A DNA stretch of 50,229 nt, taken from a virus. Taxonomy: Duplodnaviria > Heunggongvirae > Uroviricota > Caudoviricetes. The first letter of the stretch is position 1. The number at the start of each line of letters is the position of its first letter. The translations under genes and the position numbers were made by a program. The stretch lies in IMG/VR virus record IMGVR_UViG_2718217713_000003. The stretch is one strand, 5' to 3'. Below are positions 46,401 to 50,229 of the stretch, piece by piece. The notes beneath the pieces are model-generated. The model did no database searches and was not told the origin of the DNA. It saw only the letters and a program-made list of their open reading frames with translations.

Positions 46401-46748
46401 AGGGAAAACGGGATGCCTTATGCTGGCGTTATTGCACAGGAAGTAATGGAGGCGATACCAGAAGCTGTGGGATCGTTTACTCATTACGGTGAAGAGTTGC
46501 AGGGACCAACGGTTGACGGCAATGAATTACGTGAAGAAACACGTTATCTGAATGTTGACTACGCCGCCGTGACGGGGTTACTTGTTCAGGTCGCCCGTGA
46601 AACAGATGGTCGCGTTACCGCGCTGGAAGAGGAAAACATAACGCTACGTAAAAATCTGGCAACAGCAGGCACCCGGATCAGCACTCTGGAAAATCAGGTA
46701 AGCGAACTGGTTGCACTTGTCGGGCAGTTAACAGGAAGCGAACATTGA
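43443..46748 (+). CDS. stf: Side tail fibre protein (lambda Stf-like N-terminus, C-terminal peptidase S74 / intramolecular chaperone domain)
   Basis: N-terminus MAVKISGVLKDGAGKPVQNCTIQLKAKRNSTTVVVNTVASENPDEAGRYSMDVEYGQYSVILLVEGFPPSHAGTITVYED matches lambda Stf. The C-terminus (SDRDLKDDILVISDATKAIRKMNGYTYTL...VDYAAVTGLLVQVARE) looks like the self-cleaving chaperone domain of endosialidase and T5-type fibres. Confidence 0.85.
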   Translation: MAVKISGVLKDGAGKPVQNCTIQLKAKRNSTTVVVNTVASENPDEAGRYSMDVEYGQYSVILLVEGFPPSHAGTITVYEDSRPGTLNDFLGAMTEDDARPEALRRFELMVEEVARNASAVAQNTAAAKKSASDASTSAREAATHATDAADSARAASTSAGQAASSAQSASSSAGTASTKATEASKSAAAAESSKSAAATSAGAAKTSETNAAASQQSAATSASTATTKASEAATSARDASASKEAAKSSETNASSSASSAASSATAAGNSAKAAKTSETNADNSAQAAADSQTASANSATAAKKSETNAKNSEAAAKSSETNAKASETNAKSSETNAAKSAADALNYRNQAQVIVGDNIGLGEVAMTCTDISVEPSGYIGFVRIYISAKGYPSVASSAGDNLISGYIVRSEVSTKRYSGLFVGSDTKSLYSYIYSQSSGPQWIRHTRRDELSRFGQNESTTRMYGPTGDRFFEIHTNGSWGVYDSSSGQWSPLGLAQGGTGGRTIEQARANLRVMYEQKAGLANTDLNTLTGEYSGFYQQPTSAYATEELNYPIGLAGALIVLQTRANTASSCVQVYYPYNNPGITYRRIYEGGSGTWSEWKRDVSTERVEEGKETTYVYSTYSSGAPRLQVSKSGLWGCHNGTGWLPLAVGQGGTGATTVEDARNNLSLGESSAVKFKNLTLTEALDTTLGLLTKTGRDWNTQHTDNINKFIPIAGSTNGPAGSMVLGGIHVQFSKNYAVQFGGRNSGFWGRTIENGTTQEWKKLLTVDDLNSSTDLAVRSLTTSNPVKSGGGRIDVLGSTSDYSKMDCFVRGFDSTGNSLAWALGSSVGVSKMLSLKNFFSGAEILLNGNDGAVQLKTGAVNGAKAQALTINKDEVNSTVDLTLTKQTGTGNRFVLQNLGNTELSFAAKVWGSSDRQNVFEVGTSAAYLFYAQKTSAGQLFDVNGAINCTTLNQSSDRDLKDDILVISDATKAIRKMNGYTYTLRENGMPYAGVIAQEVMEAIPEAVGSFTHYGEELQGPTVDGNELREETRYLNVDYAAVTGLLVQVARETDGRVTALEEENITLRKNLATAGTRISTLENQVSELVALVGQLTGSEH

Positions 46749-46922
46749 TATCCTTCAAGCCCTGAAGGAGGCTGTTCCTGGTACGTTCAGACTGTTGTTG
46801 AGCTGGAAATCGCAACGGAGGAAGAAACTTCGTTGCTGGAAGTCTGGAAAAAGTATCGGGTGTTGCTGAACCGTGTTAATACATCAGTAGTACCGGATAT
46901 TGAATGGCCAGCACTGCCGTAG
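46749..46922 (+). pseudogene. 3' remnant of a tail fibre assembly (tfa) gene
   Basis: The frame directly after the stf stop encodes ...[38 protein letters not shown], a typical Tfa C-terminus. No start codon or N-terminal part is present. Confidence 0.55.
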
Positions 46923-47019
46923 GGTAAAACATATAAATTCTATAATTAGATGTATCTTTCCATTTACGGCAAGGAAGGGGGCTTGGAAGACGTAAAGCAT
47001 CTCACACCGAGATTATTTT

Positions 47020-47610
47020 TTATATGTCAGGTGTCTGAAGTTTTGCTTTGGCTCTTAAAATGGTTTGCCGCGAGGTTTTGAATTCCCGGGCAATGGCACT
47101 TATACTTACACCTGACTTAATTCGTTCGAATACCACCTGTTTCTGTTCTTCATTTAACACAGGTGGTCGACCAAAACGTTTCCCTGCGCCGCGGGCTCTT
47201 ACTATCCCGGAATGAGTGCGTTCAAGTAAAAGGTCTCGTTCAAATTCAGCGACTGCTGAAATTACTTGCATCATCATTTTTCCTGTTGGACTGGTCAGGT
47301 CAATGCCACCCAATGCTAAGCAATGCACTCTGATACCTGTTTCGGTCAGTTGTTCCACTGTTTTCCTGATATCCATTGCATTACAACCAAGGCGATCCAG
47401 TTTTGTCACAATCAATTGATCACCACATTTCAGGCGAGCAAGCAACCGGTTAAAACCAGGACGCTCACTGGTTGCTGCTGAGCCGCTAATGTGTTCTTCG
47501 ATTATTTGCTGAGGTTTGATTTTAAAACCTGCACTTTCGATTTCCCGGCGTTGATTTTCGGTGGTCTGATCCAGCGTTGATATCCGACAGTAAGCAAAAA
47601 TTCGAGACAT
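47020..47610 (-). CDS. pinQ: Serine recombinase, Pin-like DNA invertase/resolvase
   Basis: 196 aa with an N-terminal catalytic serine motif ([10 protein letters not shown]), resolvase fold and a C-terminal helix-turn-helix. Confidence 0.85.
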
Positions 47611-47926
47611 AGTGAGACTCTATACGAAATTGGTGTTCATATCATAATGCATCTCAGAAAATAATTATGATTATTTTTGTGCATATTTGTATGTACACGT
47701 TCGAAAATAAACGAATGCGTATGCAACCCCGTAATTTTGGTGAGACCCAAAATCGATTTTGTGAAAAATGGCTTTAACTCGGTTTGTTTTTCGAGTTCCG
47801 GGCGGACTCAAGGAAGAAGAATAGTGTTGCGTGTTATTTTAACCAGATTTCAAGTTGTTTGGTCGTGGAAAAGTGGAGCAAAATGTTGTTAAAGTGGAAA
47901 AATGATAAAAAAGTAAGTTTATTATA

Positions 47927-48160
47927 TTACATTTTACCATTTAAATTTTGGTTGTCTTTAAGAACTGATATCGCTGTTTGTAATAATTCTTTGTTATCCA
48001 GCCATGATTTTTTCTTTATGTTTCCTTCAATGTAATCAAGCAATGTTCTGGTATTGATAGGTCTTCCCTGTTTTGCTACTTCCACTACAGCATCCCCTAG
48101 GATAATTCTTACTTCAGGAAGCTGCGCAGGGAACCACTTTAGGGTGTCTTTTGATTTCAT
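47927..48160 (-). CDS. ydfK: YdfK/YnaE-family cold-shock-induced small protein
   Basis: 77 aa from the internal ATG (MKSKDTLKWFPAQLPEVRIILGDAVVEVAKQGRPIN...). The ORF is open from 48193 (88 aa). It is the last prophage gene before the host junction. Confidence 0.6.
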   Translation of the reverse strand: MKSKDTLKWFPAQLPEVRIILGDAVVEVAKQGRPINTRTLLDYIEGNIKKKSWLDNKELLQTAISVLKDNQNLNGKM

Positions 48161-48945
48161 GAAGATATTCCTTAAAATATTATTGATTTTCATTGCGATA
48201 TTGTATGTCTGATTCAGGATATGTTGACTTATACATCGGTTTTGTCTGGGTTATTGGATATGCCAATCCCTAATTTTATTAGGGCATGACTAAAAATGCT
48301 GAATATGATAAGGAGAGATGTGATTATCAGTATGCTGTTCATATAGCCTCGAATTAGTAATGTGTTATATATGATATAGTTGACAATTTTTATCTTGGGT
48401 GTTCTTAAAGTTCGTAGATAAACATTGTCGTTTCAGGTATACAGGAATGCTAACAGGTGGCAGCAAAAATCAGGCGGTTTATGGCGCAAGCTGAAGCAGC
48501 AACTGCAAACTATCTTATGCAGAGACTCTACACGGATTGGGTTTAAAAGTATACATAGATAACAGTTTTTATCTGAAAAAGAAAAATATCAAGGTGATAT
48601 AGCCTATATGCCTTTGATGCGGAGGAATGAATGTGATGGGAGTGATGTATCTGAATAGTTGAAAAACCGCAGACACGCCTTATGCAAGAACGTGCTGCGG
48701 TTGGCTGGTAAATTTTTCGATAGTGTGAGTATTGAATGATTTCCAGCCGTTCTTGATTTTACGCATAAATCCATGAAAAAACTACTTATCTGTTGGGGAG
48801 TTTTTTTGGGGCATATATGGGACAGAAATAGGCCCCAGATAGACACTGAGATCGAACTTAGGATGCTTTTTAAAAAATGCAACTATCTGAAAAAACCTAG
48901 AAAACGCCAAGGAAACCACAGGATGGGAAAAAACACCTGTGAATT

Positions 48946-50229
48946 ATGGATTTCCAGTTATATTCGCTCGGCGCAGCGTTAGTGTTTCATGAAATATTTT
49001 TTCCTGAATCATCAACGGCAATGGCGTTAATTTTGGCAATGGGAACCTACGGTGCAGGTTATGTGGCGCGTATTGTCGGAGCATTTATTTTCGGCAAAAT
49101 GGGCGACAGAATAGGGCGTAAAAAAGTGCTCTTTATTACCATCACCATGATGGGGATCTGTACCACCTTAATTGGTGTGTTACCGACCTATGCACAGATT
49201 GGTGTTTTTGCCCCCATCTTGCTGGTGACGCTGCGTATTATTCAGGGGTTGGGTGCAGGTGCGGAAATTTCCGGTGCCGGTACGATGCTGGCGGAATATG
49301 CACCAAAAGGTAAGCGCGGAATTATCTCCTCATTTGTAGCTATGGGAACTAACTGCGGAACCTTGAGCGCAACGGCAATCTGGGCCTTTATGTTCTTCAT
49401 TCTCAGTAAAGAGGAACTGCTGGCGTGGGGATGGCGTATACCGTTCCTGGCGAGCGTTGTCGTGATGGTCTTTGCTATCTGGTTACGTATGAATCTGAAA
49501 GAAAGCCCGGTCTTTGAGAAGGTTAATGACAGCAACCAACCCACAGCAAAACCTGCACCTGCTGGTAGCATGTTCCAGAGCAAATCCTTCTGGCTGGCAA
49601 CAGGGCTGCGTTTTGGTCAGGCGGGTAACTCCGGGTTAATTCAGACTTTCCTTGCAGGCTATTTAGTGCAGACGTTATTGTTTAACAAAGCAATTCCAAC
49701 AGATGCATTGATGATTAGTTCGATTCTCGGCTTTATGACCATTCCGTTCCTTGGTTGGTTATCCGATAAAATTGGTCGCCGGATCCCGTATATTATTATG
49801 AATACCTCCGCGATTGTGCTGGCATGGCCAATGCTTTCTATCATTGTAGATAAAAGCTATGCCCCGAGCACCATTATGGTTGCACTGATTGTGATTCATA
49901 ACTGTGCGGTGCTGGGATTATTTGCTCTGGAAAACATTACCATGGCAGAAATGTTCGGCTGTAAAAACCGCTTTACCCGGATGGCTATTTCTAAAGAAAT
50001 TGGTGGTCTTATCGCTTCCGGTTTTGGTCCTATCCTGGCGGGTATTTTCTGCACCATGACGGAATCCTGGTATCCGATCGCCATTATGATCATGGCATAT
50101 TCAGTAATTGGTTTAATCTCTGCGCTGAAAATGCCAGAGGTGAAAGACCGTGATTTAAGTGCGCTGGAAGACGCTGCGGAAGATCAACCGCGTGTTGTAA
50201 GAGCTGCGCAACCTTCCAGAAGTCTGTAA
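48946..50229 (+). CDS. ydfJ: MFS transporter (metabolite:H+ symporter family, YdfJ-like), 5'-truncated; host gene at the prophage junction
   Basis: 427 aa with multiple transmembrane segments and an MFS signature (GKMGDRIGRKKVL). The ORF begins at MDF...FFPE inside the conserved first transmembrane motif, so roughly 20-30 N-terminal codons are missing. Confidence 0.75.
   Translation: MDFQLYSLGAALVFHEIFFPESSTAMALILAMGTYGAGYVARIVGAFIFGKMGDRIGRKKVLFITITMMGICTTLIGVLPTYAQIGVFAPILLVTLRIIQGLGAGAEISGAGTMLAEYAPKGKRGIISSFVAMGTNCGTLSATAIWAFMFFILSKEELLAWGWRIPFLASVVVMVFAIWLRMNLKESPVFEKVNDSNQPTAKPAPAGSMFQSKSFWLATGLRFGQAGNSGLIQTFLAGYLVQTLLFNKAIPTDALMISSILGFMTIPFLGWLSDKIGRRIPYIIMNTSAIVLAWPMLSIIVDKSYAPSTIMVALIVIHNCAVLGLFALENITMAEMFGCKNRFTRMAISKEIGGLIASGFGPILAGIFCTMTESWYPIAIMIMAYSVIGLISALKMPEVKDRDLSALEDAAEDQPRVVRAAQPSRSL

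Noticed and set aside
48604-48982. 92 aa minus-strand and 69 aa plus-strand ORFs in the ydfK to transporter intergenic region
   Set aside because: No ribosome-binding sites and no family resemblance. The region is more likely a leader and the attachment junction.

Overview
Almost the whole window (about 20 to 48,200) is one lambdoid prophage, integrase at the left end and a 5'-truncated MFS transporter gene (ydfJ-like, host) at the right. It is a mosaic: a Qin-type early, immunity and lysis region (int-xis-exonuclease-ydfD-dicB-dicF-ydfCBA-dicA / dicC-replication, relBE-hokD, rem, ydfU, Q antiterminator, csp paralogs, pinholin-SAR endolysin-Rz) joined through a lambda-identical cos site to a lambda-type packaging, head and tail block (Nu1, A, W, B, C/Nu3, D, E, FI, FII, Z, U, V, G/G-T, H, M, L, K, I, J, lom, stf). 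All calls rest on reading the six-frame translations against remembered protein families; no search was run. The prophage looks defective: J is split by an intact IS3-family element, Rz is broken by two frameshifts, a methyltransferase gene is cut by an in-frame stop, and only the 3' end of a tfa gene survives. I found no convincing multi-gene system of a clearly new type. The best leads are a RecE-like protein carrying a DnaQ-like 3'-5' exonuclease domain with no annealase partner, a side tail fibre with a self-cleaving chaperone-type C-terminus, and a 1.1 kb region (8911-9970) with no intact gene. No tRNA, rRNA or CRISPR array was seen.
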